64,000 nt of DNA, from assembly GCA_036824855.1 (NCBI GenBank), contig DAISZK010000004.1, positions 13,434 through 77,433 of the forward strand, read 5' to 3'. The notes beneath the pieces are model-generated. The model ran no database searches. It saw nothing but the letters and a program-made list of their open reading frames with translations, and was not told where the DNA came from. A program made the translations under genes and the position numbers. The stretch comes from Chthoniobacterales bacterium (GTDB lineage Bacteria; Verrucomicrobiota; Verrucomicrobiia; Chthoniobacterales; UBA6821). Of the stretch, positions 1-8,366 are shown in pieces (the first letter of the stretch is position 1; each line of letters starts with the position of its first letter).

Positions 1-138
1 AATCAGGCTGTCCAGGGCAAAGGTCAGAAGCGGTTTGTGAAAGACCGGGACGAGCGGTTTCGGGAGGATGTCAGTCAGCGGCGCGAGGCGCGTGCCGAGT
101 CCCGCTGCAAGAACGAATGCGGCGGGAGCTTTGCTCAT
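1..138 (-). CDS. Sugar-phosphate nucleotidyltransferase family protein, first 46 codons only (gene runs off the left edge)
   Basis: Hand translation of the reverse strand from ATG 138-136 gives MSKAPAAFVLAAGLGTRLAPLTDILPKPLVPVFHKPLLTFALDSLI. LAAGLGTRLxPLT...PKPLVPV is the G-x-G-T-R-L pyrophosphorylase loop of NTP_transferase enzymes. The ATG overlaps the larB stop (ATGA, 135-138). Absent from the ORF track because it is truncated. Confidence 0.55.
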   Translation of the reverse strand, partial: MSKAPAAFVLAAGLGTRLAPLTDILPKPLVPVFHKPLLTFALDSLI

Positions 139-854
139 CGGGAAGGTGCCTGTTCCGCAACACCTCTCTTTTCGAGAAGTCTCAGGATGGCATCGGCGGC
201 ACACGCCGCTCCGAAGCCGTTGTCGATATTCGTCACGGTGACTCCATTGGCGCAGCTGTTGACCATGCCAAGCAGGGCCGTGAGACCCGCAAAGCTTGCA
301 CCGTATCCGACGCTTGTGGGTACTGCGATCACGGGGATATCGACAAGCCCCGCAACGGCACTGGGAAGAGCTCCTTCCATTCCCGCTACGACGATCACAA
401 CTCCACAGGCGCGTACGCGATCGATTTCTCCTAGCAGACGATGAATTCCGGCGACCCCGACATCATGAATCCTCTCCACGCGTCGTCCGAACGACTGCAA
501 CGTGATGGCGGCCTCTTCAGCCACAGGTAGGTCAGAAGTGCCGGCACAAAGGATACCCACCACGACAGTGGAGCTATTCGGTCGCGGTTTTCCGAGCGTC
601 AGGCATCGGGCCCGCTCATGATAGATGGCCGCGGGAAGATGGACTTGAACATCATCGGCTTGATCAGGGGTGACCCGCGTGATCAGGACATGTCCCTCGC
701 GTCCATGGATGGTCGAAGCAATCCGCACGATCTCCAGCGGTGTCTTCCCCTCACCAAAAATCACTTCTGCCCGACCGCAGCGCTCACGCCGTGCGGAATC
801 GACACGCGCAAATCCCAGGTTTACCACTCCATCCAGGGAGGAGTCGCCACTCAT
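135..854 (-). CDS. larB: LarB-type nickel-pincer cofactor biosynthesis protein (PurE-like AIR-carboxylase fold, pyridinium-3,5-biscarboxylate mononucleotide synthase)
   Basis: 239-aa ORF. Long colinear matches to remembered LarB sequence: GILCAGTSDLPVAEEA, DVGVAGIHRLLG, VVAGMEGALPSAVAGLVDIPVIAVPTSVGYGASFAGLTALLGMVNSC and NIDNGFGAA. Start overlaps the GNAT stop (ATGA 851-854). Confidence 0.85.
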   Translation of the reverse strand: MSGDSSLDGVVNLGFARVDSARRERCGRAEVIFGEGKTPLEIVRIASTIHGREGHVLITRVTPDQADDVQVHLPAAIYHERARCLTLGKPRPNSSTVVVGILCAGTSDLPVAEEAAITLQSFGRRVERIHDVGVAGIHRLLGEIDRVRACGVVIVVAGMEGALPSAVAGLVDIPVIAVPTSVGYGASFAGLTALLGMVNSCANGVTVTNIDNGFGAACAADAILRLLEKRGVAEQAPSR

Positions 855-1348
855 GGAGTGCTGACCGAAGAAACCGGCTCCTTCACGTGAGGCGAGAAAT
901 AATAACGCATCGTCACCATGTCGCTCTGCTTGAAGCCATGCTGCTCGTAGAAAGAACGGGCACTATTCTCCAACTTATCCGTGAGGAGGGTGATACGGAG
1001 GAAATCCTTTACCCTGGCATAGCCCAGCGCATGCTCCAGAAGACGACTCCCATAGCCCTGACCGCGATGATCCTTATGAACGACCAGATCCTCCAGGATG
1101 AGAACAAATCCTCCCTCGGCAGTGCTGATCGTGATCAGCAAGTTGATCATTCCGATAATTCGAGCACCGTTACGGAGCACAAAGATCCTCCCTCGGCTGG
1201 GTTGCTCGAGGATCAGACGCAATCCGCGCATCTGCTTCTCCCTGTTCGGGATGAAATCAGCCTCTTGGGAAAAAAGATCGAATAGCAGATCTGCCAACTG
1301 GGGTAGATCGTCGATCGTGGCCGGTTCTATGAAAAGTTGCTCAGGCAT
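851..1348 (-). CDS. GNAT family N-acetyltransferase
   Basis: 165-aa ORF of typical GNAT size. Acetyl-CoA-binding segment LVVHKDHRGQGYGSRLLEHAL (Q/R-x-x-G-x-G/A) followed by ARSFYEQHGF. ATG start at 1348. Confidence 0.8.
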   Translation of the reverse strand: MPEQLFIEPATIDDLPQLADLLFDLFSQEADFIPNREKQMRGLRLILEQPSRGRIFVLRNGARIIGMINLLITISTAEGGFVLILEDLVVHKDHRGQGYGSRLLEHALGYARVKDFLRITLLTDKLENSARSFYEQHGFKQSDMVTMRYYFSPHVKEPVSSVSTP

Positions 1349-1520
1349 TGCCAGAAATTATGAGGCATGAATTGAGAAGTATGAAGTAGGAATTGGGAAA
1401 ATCGGGGCAGATACAGACAAAGATCCGGCAACGGCTATGGCAGCTTATTTTTGATGGTGAGCAAGGCGCGCGAGTGAAGCGGTATCAATGAATACCGCAA
1501 ATTAGCAACAACACTGCTCA

Positions 1521-1545
1521 ACGCAAAAAGAGGCGGCCATCGCCA
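1521..1545 (-). terminator. Weak candidate intrinsic terminator after mutL
   Basis: Directly after the mutL TAA the minus strand reads T-GGCG-ATGGC-CGCC-TCTTTTTG: a 4-bp all-GC stem, 5-nt loop and T-tract. The stem is short, so this is tentative. Confidence 0.3.
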
Positions 1546-3294
1546 TTACGCGGAGAAACGGCGCGCCAGATCACCCGGGGACAACTGACTCATGGTGGGC
1601 CGGCCTTTCGGCGTGGAGTAGGGAAGATTGCAGGCCAGCAGATCCTTGAGAAGGATCCGTGCTCCTTCTTCACCCGAGGGGAGTTTAGCCCCGCCGGCTG
1701 CCAGGCGACTGACGGAGGAGGCAAGAGCTTCCCGAGTTCCCTGATCCAAGGAAGAGGAATCACCATGGGTCCTCAGTTCGTCGATCAGTTTGATCACGAT
1801 TTCCATGACAGGCAGATCAACCGCATCGGCAGGCACGGCATCAATCTTCAGGCTTCCATGCCCGAAGGGTTCAGCCGAGAGGCCGGCCTTCAGAAGAATG
1901 TCGGCATGGGCCTCGACCCACGCCACATCAGCAGGAGATAGGGCCAGCACTTCGGGCATCAGGAGTCGCTGACTTTCAAGTTCACCCGTGGACAATCTCG
2001 CGAGAAAACGCTCGTAAAGGATTCGTTCACGGGCAGCCCGGATCTCGACCATCATCAGGCTCTCCTGATCCTCAAAGAGAAGGTAGCGGCCGGCCAGTTG
2101 GCCCAGGAAGCGGGGAAGATCCGGGGATGGGGCATGGGAAATCGGTACTGGGAATGAGTCAGGGATCTCGGCGACTCTGGCGGAGACGAGTTCCTGAACG
2201 GGAAGTTCGTTCTGCGTGGCCACGACGGAGGATCTCCACGACGAGGAGATCGGAGGGAAAAGGGGATCCGATCCGACACCGGGAGTGAATTCCTGCTTCG
2301 GAGACGCCTTTTCCCATGCTGATCGGGCCGCCTGCAATGCCGCGGCGCGGATCACCCCAGGATCACGGAAGCGAACTTCCCGTTTTGCGGGATGCACATT
2401 GCAGTCGACAGCGGCCGGATCCATGTCGAAGAAAAGTACCGCAGGTGGATGGAGTCCCTTCGTCAGCACTCCGTCACATGCCTCTCGCAAGGGAAGAGAA
2501 AGGACCGGGCTACGAATCATGCGTCCGTTCACAAAGGTCATCTGGAGCGTACGGTCACTCCTCCCCTCACCCGGCTTTGCGATCCAACCACGGACACTGA
2601 CGCCCTGACTTTCAAATGATGGCACTGAAACAAGCTTCCCTAGGAACTCCTCTCCGTGCAGGTCCCGTAAACGAACAGCCAGATCCTCCGTGGCAGCTAA
2701 GCGAAAAACCTCTCTCCCATCCCTTAAGCAGGTGAAGGAGATCTCAGGATGGGCCACAGCCAGGATCTCGATCTGCTGGAGAATGTTCGCAGCCTCGGTC
2801 TGCTCTCCACGCAGGAATTTACGTCGGGCCGGCACATTAAAAAAAAGATCCGCCACTTCGATTCTGGTGCCGGGAGCCTCTCCACTCTCCTGAACATCGT
2901 AAACCTTTCCTCCGGTCACGGTGATAAGGGTTCCAGCCTCATCTTCCCGGCGACGCGTGGATAGTTCAAACCGTGACACGCTGGCAATGCTTGGAAGAGC
3001 CTCCCCGCGGAATCCCATCGTGGTGATGGATGCAAGATCAGCACTCTGCCGGATCTTGCTAGTGGCGTGGCGTTCCAGACAGAGAAGCGCATCGGAGCGG
3101 TCCATACCTGATCCATCGTCGGTCACGCGCATCAAGCGTATTCCCCCACGCTGAAACTCCACGGTGATCCTCCGGGCCCCGGCATCAATGGAGTTTTCCA
3201 CCAATTCCTTGATCACTGAAGCGGGTCGCTCCACCACCTCGCCGGCAGCCACCTGGCTAGCCAGAATATCGGGCAGAACATTGATTGATCCCAT
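1546..3294 (-). CDS. mutL: DNA mismatch repair protein MutL
   Basis: 582-aa ORF. Canonical GHKL ATPase N-terminus (LPDILASQVAAGEVVERPASVIKELVENSIDAGA, VTDDGSGM, GFRGEALPSIASVS) and a C-terminal dimerisation region. Confidence 0.95.
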   Translation of the reverse strand: MGSINVLPDILASQVAAGEVVERPASVIKELVENSIDAGARRITVEFQRGGIRLMRVTDDGSGMDRSDALLCLERHATSKIRQSADLASITTMGFRGEALPSIASVSRFELSTRRREDEAGTLITVTGGKVYDVQESGEAPGTRIEVADLFFNVPARRKFLRGEQTEAANILQQIEILAVAHPEISFTCLRDGREVFRLAATEDLAVRLRDLHGEEFLGKLVSVPSFESQGVSVRGWIAKPGEGRSDRTLQMTFVNGRMIRSPVLSLPLREACDGVLTKGLHPPAVLFFDMDPAAVDCNVHPAKREVRFRDPGVIRAAALQAARSAWEKASPKQEFTPGVGSDPLFPPISSSWRSSVVATQNELPVQELVSARVAEIPDSFPVPISHAPSPDLPRFLGQLAGRYLLFEDQESLMMVEIRAARERILYERFLARLSTGELESQRLLMPEVLALSPADVAWVEAHADILLKAGLSAEPFGHGSLKIDAVPADAVDLPVMEIVIKLIDELRTHGDSSSLDQGTREALASSVSRLAAGGAKLPSGEEGARILLKDLLACNLPYSTPKGRPTMSQLSPGDLARRFSA

Positions 3295-3325
3295 GGGAGA
3301 AAGGATACAGGCGGTTGCCTGATCC

Positions 3326-3363
3326 CTAAAAGGCAGAAAGGAAAGCAGTCTGGACTGCTTTCC
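3326..3363 (-). terminator. Rho-independent terminator closing the 17.1-3.4 kb CAZyme array
   Basis: 30 nt after the stop of the 906-aa gene the minus strand reads GGAAAGCAGTC-CA-GACTGCTTTCC. The arms are a perfect 11-nt inverted repeat at 3340-3363. It is followed by TTTCTGCCTTTTAG. Confidence 0.7.
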
Positions 3364-3392
3364 TCCCCTTATTCAGTAGTGAGCAGCAATAA

Positions 3393-6113
3393 CTACTCGA
3401 TTGGTTTTACCGGCTTATCAACCGAGATGAGGTGATCATTGCCGCGTGAAACCTTGAGATCGGTCTTCCCCGTGGTGGATTTGGTAAATTCCAACCGATC
3501 TTTTTGCTCAGGCCACAAAACCGTGACCGCATTTGTTCCATCCCATGCCGTGACGGGAAGAGGATCTCCCTGCCGATACGGATAGAGCAGCACCTTGAAA
3601 CTTGGTTCCACGCTATGTGCCGGGATGGCAAGACGGCGGACGCGCTGGAGGTAGTGGCCCTTCGGCTTGGCCGGCGGCTCGTCCTCCAGAATCGTTGGCT
3701 CCTTGGCCTCGGTAGCCGGCACGACCTTGGGATCATTCTCGATCTGAAGGAACCGGACAAGCAGCATGGGCTGCCCCGCGGGAACCGGACTGTTGGTATC
3801 GCGAAGTGACGGAAGCGGGGGTTTTGGATTTTTTCCGGATCCTGGAGCATTTTTCTGTCCGGGATCATTGCCCGTCAGCACAAGATCAAGGCCTCCCGTG
3901 GCATTCGTCTCCCGCTTTACGATCTGCACATCGTACTCCGTCGGCAAATACCAGGTGTAGTCGTGCGGGGTATCATCCTTGCGGATGTCATCGAGGACCA
4001 AGCCGTAGGGATGGGTGCCGCGAACCACGCCGGCCGTCCTCCATGCATACTGGACGGGATAGTTCGTTCCACGCGATACGGGGGTGATCGATCCCTTGAT
4101 CTTGAGCCAGTCTGGCTGATGCCCCAGCGGAGCCTTCAGGTAATCGTCATCATGCTTTGAGTAAGCGAAGTCATTGATGCCGTGTTTTTCGAGTTCGAAT
4201 CCGGGGCGGATTTTCACGCCGTTGGTGGCAAGATCCTGCTCTGTGTAGCGGCCTTTGGCGCCCCAGTTGTCCAGACGGTCCCACTTCCAATCCCACGGAT
4301 ACTTCGCATCCCCCACCGCGAACGTGGCGTTGGTGGCATCGACAAAGTCGACCATGCGACCGGGCGTGTAGTCATATTCAGGCTGGAGATGATCATCGAT
4401 CACCACCTCCCCGTTATTCACGTTCTGGAATCCCTCGTAGCCCCAGCCGTAGATGGGAGACCAGACCCGTCCTGCGCCGGCCACCATGATCGAGTTGCGG
4501 TCGGCAAAGGGATGTCCCCCGTTCGCCTGACGCACATGGAGGTTGAGCATCAGATCATTGGTTCCCCATCCGCTACGGGTCATGAGCAGCGCACGGTCTC
4601 CGCAGAAAAACGTATTCCCAAGATCGAGCTTACCAGGATCAGTGTTCGCGAGATCGAAATCACAGGCAAAGACCAGGAAGGGAATCAACGGATCGTGGTA
4701 ACCGCCTCCGACTGTCGGTTCGTAGCTACCGGATTCGCATCGGTTAGGAAGATTCTCGTAGTGGTCCCCGACCGAAGAGCGATAGGCGAAGTCGATCGCC
4801 TTGTCCTCGGGGATGAGATACTTGAAAGCGAGCAAATCCTCGGGGAAAGGCCTGAAGTGACACCCTCCGAGAAGATCGTACTTCACAAAGCCATCCCGTG
4901 TCGGAATGACGCTGTGGGGAGTGAAGCGGTTCACGTTAGCCCGAGCGTTGGGATGCGCAGCAAGGTTCTCAAAACCGTAGTCCTTGCTACGCAGCGAAAA
5001 GGCGAGGATCCCGTCGCCTCCAAGCTGATTCTTAGCCTCACCCTCGAAGTTGGCCCCCGAGGGGAACCAACCGTAAGTCATGAGATTTTTCCAACCACGG
5101 TACATTCCGCGGATTTTGAGATCGTTGAATCCGGGTTCCCCCTCGATGGCAAGGGTCGGTATCAACCAGTAGGAGAAGGTCGCCCAATTACTGCGGCTGA
5201 TAACAGCGTCATTAAAGCTACCGTAATTATCGTGGTTCCAAGTCCCATTGGCGATCTCGTCATGGACGAGTTTCCGCTGATCGGGCGTTAGAAAATTATA
5301 GAGAAAATCATAAGTGTACCCGAGATGGATCCCGGCGATCGGTTGGGCCAGTGGTCCCGTCATCAGCTTCGGATTGGCAGCCCTGTTTGCCTGCTCGATT
5401 TTCAGCGCCGTCGTGACTGCTGAAGCGAGATCCTTCGCGGCAGCCTGATCGTTTTCAATCCAGCAACGGAAGGCCTCGAGTGAAAAGACGTGCCAGAATC
5501 CCTCGGTCTTCTGCGTCATGTCTCCTTGAATAAGAGCCCTATACCTCTTGGCTGCATCCTCCGTTTTCCTGCCTGACTGAAGACTGGGAAGCCAGACCCG
5601 ATCTAATTTGCCTTGAGCTTTCAACACCGGATTGGGCTGCGCATAGTCGGCCTTGGGGTCGTAGGTCCCCTTCATAAAGTTGACGTAGCAGAGGAGGTTC
5701 TTCCACATCTCGCGGCCGCATTCGGTCTGCTTGAGGCGGCGGGCGATCTCGTCGTGATCGGCCGGCGTGCAGTAGATGCGCGGATGAATCCCTGGAGCAG
5801 GAATCTGGTTGGGCGTCTTGACCCCCGTCATGTCGAAAACAACCTTTCTTGGACCGAAATCCCAGGGATTTTCATCACCCCAGAGCGGATTGAACTCGTT
5901 CGTGCCAGACTTATAACCCGCATAGGAGGTGCAGGGCATCTTTGCAAAGGGAGAGTCCTTAGCATCATGAGGAGGAGGCCATGGAACTGCTCTCTGGGAA
6001 ACGTCGGGAACCCCATTCGGGAGAAGACTATTCGACGCGGTTTCCGCAAAAAGCGGAAGCGACAGAGAAAAAAACAGTAGCGACTTGAAGATTAAGGGGC
6101 GGGTTATGTTCAT
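3393..6113 (-). CDS. Secreted heparinase II/III-like (alginate-lyase-fold) protein, paralogue A
   Basis: 906-aa ORF with signal peptide MNITRPLIFKSLLFFSLSLPLFA. Motifs: GIHPRIYCTPADHDEIARRLKQ; LHVRQANGGHPFADRNSIMVAGAG (degenerate H-x-H-x-D heparinase II/III core); THPYGLVLDDIRKDD; FKVLLYPYRQGDPLPVTAW. All are shared with four other ORFs in this window. Long colinear identical stretches with the 898-aa ORF. Confidence 0.6.
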   Translation of the reverse strand: MNITRPLIFKSLLFFSLSLPLFAETASNSLLPNGVPDVSQRAVPWPPPHDAKDSPFAKMPCTSYAGYKSGTNEFNPLWGDENPWDFGPRKVVFDMTGVKTPNQIPAPGIHPRIYCTPADHDEIARRLKQTECGREMWKNLLCYVNFMKGTYDPKADYAQPNPVLKAQGKLDRVWLPSLQSGRKTEDAAKRYRALIQGDMTQKTEGFWHVFSLEAFRCWIENDQAAAKDLASAVTTALKIEQANRAANPKLMTGPLAQPIAGIHLGYTYDFLYNFLTPDQRKLVHDEIANGTWNHDNYGSFNDAVISRSNWATFSYWLIPTLAIEGEPGFNDLKIRGMYRGWKNLMTYGWFPSGANFEGEAKNQLGGDGILAFSLRSKDYGFENLAAHPNARANVNRFTPHSVIPTRDGFVKYDLLGGCHFRPFPEDLLAFKYLIPEDKAIDFAYRSSVGDHYENLPNRCESGSYEPTVGGGYHDPLIPFLVFACDFDLANTDPGKLDLGNTFFCGDRALLMTRSGWGTNDLMLNLHVRQANGGHPFADRNSIMVAGAGRVWSPIYGWGYEGFQNVNNGEVVIDDHLQPEYDYTPGRMVDFVDATNATFAVGDAKYPWDWKWDRLDNWGAKGRYTEQDLATNGVKIRPGFELEKHGINDFAYSKHDDDYLKAPLGHQPDWLKIKGSITPVSRGTNYPVQYAWRTAGVVRGTHPYGLVLDDIRKDDTPHDYTWYLPTEYDVQIVKRETNATGGLDLVLTGNDPGQKNAPGSGKNPKPPLPSLRDTNSPVPAGQPMLLVRFLQIENDPKVVPATEAKEPTILEDEPPAKPKGHYLQRVRRLAIPAHSVEPSFKVLLYPYRQGDPLPVTAWDGTNAVTVLWPEQKDRLEFTKSTTGKTDLKVSRGNDHLISVDKPVKPIE

Positions 6114-6135
6114 GGGAGTGGAGTGATGATTGCGA

Positions 6136-8349
6136 TTACTTGATTTGGACGGAACCTTTGAGGAAAAGATCTACCGAGGAAGAGCCGACCAGTACTTTGA
6201 GTTCACCCGGTTCGAAAATCCATGTGCCATCTTTCCAGAATTTGTAGTCTTCATAGGAGAGCGGAAAACTCAACTCCCGTGACTCACCCGATTTTAACGA
6301 TACACGCTGGAACCCCCGGAGTGACAAGACAGGCCTGACCCTTGAGGTCAGATCTTGGCGGACATAGAGCTGAACGATTTCATCGCCCTGACGATCGCCC
6401 GTATTGGTCACCTTGCAGGAGACTGTAATCGGTCGATCCTTGGAAATCTCCTGAGCGGAGAACTTCAAGTCACTGAAACTAAAAGTCGTATAACTAAGAC
6501 CAAAACCAAAGGGATAGAGGACTCCCAATTTCGAGAGATAATACTCGTCGGGGCCCGTGAGGGGGTAGTGGTTGTAATAGCAGGGGATCTGACCAATGTT
6601 TTTGGGGAAGGTCACCGGCAACTTGCCACCGGGATTAATCTCTCCGAACAGGGCCTTTGCCACTGCGGTTCCGGCTGCCTGTCCTCCATACCACGACTCC
6701 AAGATCGCAGGGACATGAAAGGCAATCCAGTTGATCGTGAGCGGAGCACCGTTGGCGAGCACAACCACCACAGGCTTACCCGTATCCTGCATTGCCTCGA
6801 CCAGTTTCTCCTGCCCTCCGATGAGATCGAGACTATCTCGATCCTTGTTTTCACCGACCTGCCCGCGGGTGTGACCCGCGACTACCACGATCACATCGGC
6901 AGAGGATGCCGCTGCCACGGCCTTGGCGAGCAACGCAGGATCCTCACCCTTGAGATCATAACCCGGTTCATAAGCAAGCACACCCTCGGGCAGGGAGGCC
7001 TTGAGGGCGTCATGGATCGTCACGGAGGATCTGGGAGAGCCATTGGAGTAGCCCCCGAAATTTCTGTCCTTGGCAAGCGAACCCACGAGCAGCAGGTGCT
7101 TGATGTTCTCTTTTTTCAGAGGAAGCGTCCCGTGCTCATTCTTTAGAAGCACAAGGGCTTTTTCAGCTGCTTCGAGCGCCAGAGCATCGTGAGCGGGATC
7201 ACCGAGCACCGCCTGCCAATCAGGACGCCGCTCATTTTCTGGAGTATTGAATTTTCCAGCCTCGATCAGCTTGGCCCAGACGTCGTCGGTTCCTTTGTAT
7301 CCATTGATTGTTTCTTTGGTATCATTCATCTCACCCCCACGCTTCACAACGGGTTTAGTTTGAGGAGCGGCTAATCCGAGCAACTCGATCTTCTCGGCAA
7401 GAACCCGTTTGGCAGCCTGATCAATGGCTTTCTCGGAAATCACGCCATCAGTAACGGCTTTTTTCAAATCCTTCATGTAAAGGCTGCCAACCAGCTCCAT
7501 ATCCACCCCGGCCAGCAGACACTTCACAGCGGCATCCTGGGAGTCCTTCGCGAACTTATGGCGCCCGGAAACTTTCGGGATATCACCCATGTCTGAGGTG
7601 ATGAACCCTTGGAATCCCCACTCCCTGCGGAGGACGGTGTCGAGGAGCCAAGCATTTGCATGGCAAGGGACACCGTTGAGTGCATGGTGCGCAGGCATGA
7701 TCGATCCGGTCATTGCCTCCTTAACAGCCGTCTCAAACGGTTGCATGAAGACTTCTCTGAGGACGCGCTCGGAAACCTCAAAGTCTTCCCCGTTAGCTCC
7801 GGCCCACGGTTCGCCGTCAGCCACGAAATGCTTCGGCGTCGCGATCATCTTTGTCTTTCCGAAACGTTCCGCCCCGAGGCCCTGAAGATTCGAGATATAG
7901 GCCACAGCCATCCTGCTAACATGGTAGGGATCCTCACCGTAGGATTCCTCGATACGACCCCAGCGGGGATCGCGGGCCAATCCTAGCATCGGCGCGAAGG
8001 CCTGACTCAATCCAACCGCTCGTCCCTCTTTGGCAATGACCGTCGCCATCCGGGAAATCAGGTCGTTATCCCAAGTCGCCCCAAGTGCAATGGATGCTGG
8101 AAAAACCGTGCATCCCTTGCTGACCACACCATGCAACGCCTCTCCAGCCTCGAGATTCGGGATACCCAATCTCGGCACGCCATTGGGCTTGTAAGAAAGA
8201 AGCTGCAGAAGCTTTTCCTCCAGTGTCATCTTGGGTAGAAGTGCCGCGGCTTGGATAGCGGACTGCTCAGCACGGGGATCCGTCCGTTGACTCCATCCCT
8301 GGCCGATACCGAGGTGAAAAAAGACGAGGGCGAGTAGAATTCGATTCAT
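6136..8349 (-). CDS. GH3 beta-glucosidase (BglX-like), secreted
   Basis: GH3 motifs KHFVADGEPWAGANG and WGFQGFITSDMGD (nucleophile Asp), plus a C-terminal alpha/beta sandwich and Fn3-like tail. I prefer ATG 8349 (MNRILLALVFFHLGIGQGWS, a good signal peptide). The track start at 8370 is GTG and overlaps the upstream stop (GTGA). Confidence 0.85.
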   Translation of the reverse strand: MNRILLALVFFHLGIGQGWSQRTDPRAEQSAIQAAALLPKMTLEEKLLQLLSYKPNGVPRLGIPNLEAGEALHGVVSKGCTVFPASIALGATWDNDLISRMATVIAKEGRAVGLSQAFAPMLGLARDPRWGRIEESYGEDPYHVSRMAVAYISNLQGLGAERFGKTKMIATPKHFVADGEPWAGANGEDFEVSERVLREVFMQPFETAVKEAMTGSIMPAHHALNGVPCHANAWLLDTVLRREWGFQGFITSDMGDIPKVSGRHKFAKDSQDAAVKCLLAGVDMELVGSLYMKDLKKAVTDGVISEKAIDQAAKRVLAEKIELLGLAAPQTKPVVKRGGEMNDTKETINGYKGTDDVWAKLIEAGKFNTPENERRPDWQAVLGDPAHDALALEAAEKALVLLKNEHGTLPLKKENIKHLLLVGSLAKDRNFGGYSNGSPRSSVTIHDALKASLPEGVLAYEPGYDLKGEDPALLAKAVAAASSADVIVVVAGHTRGQVGENKDRDSLDLIGGQEKLVEAMQDTGKPVVVVLANGAPLTINWIAFHVPAILESWYGGQAAGTAVAKALFGEINPGGKLPVTFPKNIGQIPCYYNHYPLTGPDEYYLSKLGVLYPFGFGLSYTTFSFSDLKFSAQEISKDRPITVSCKVTNTGDRQGDEIVQLYVRQDLTSRVRPVLSLRGFQRVSLKSGESRELSFPLSYEDYKFWKDGTWIFEPGELKVLVGSSSVDLFLKGSVQIK

Positions 8350-8366
8350 CGCTGGTGAATCAACAA

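Noticed and set aside
135-854. Alternative call as PurE (AIR carboxylase/NCAIR mutase)
   Set aside because: The 239-aa length includes a roughly 100-aa N-terminal extension. The specific C-terminal strings (AGMEGALPSAVAGLV, PTSVGYGASF, NIDNGFGAA) match LarB rather than the shorter classical PurE.
1479-1498. Inverted repeat GCGGTAT-CAATGA-ATACCGC in the mutL/GNAT intergenic region
   Set aside because: No T-tract follows it on either strand. It is a single occurrence with no obvious regulator nearby. It may be incidental.
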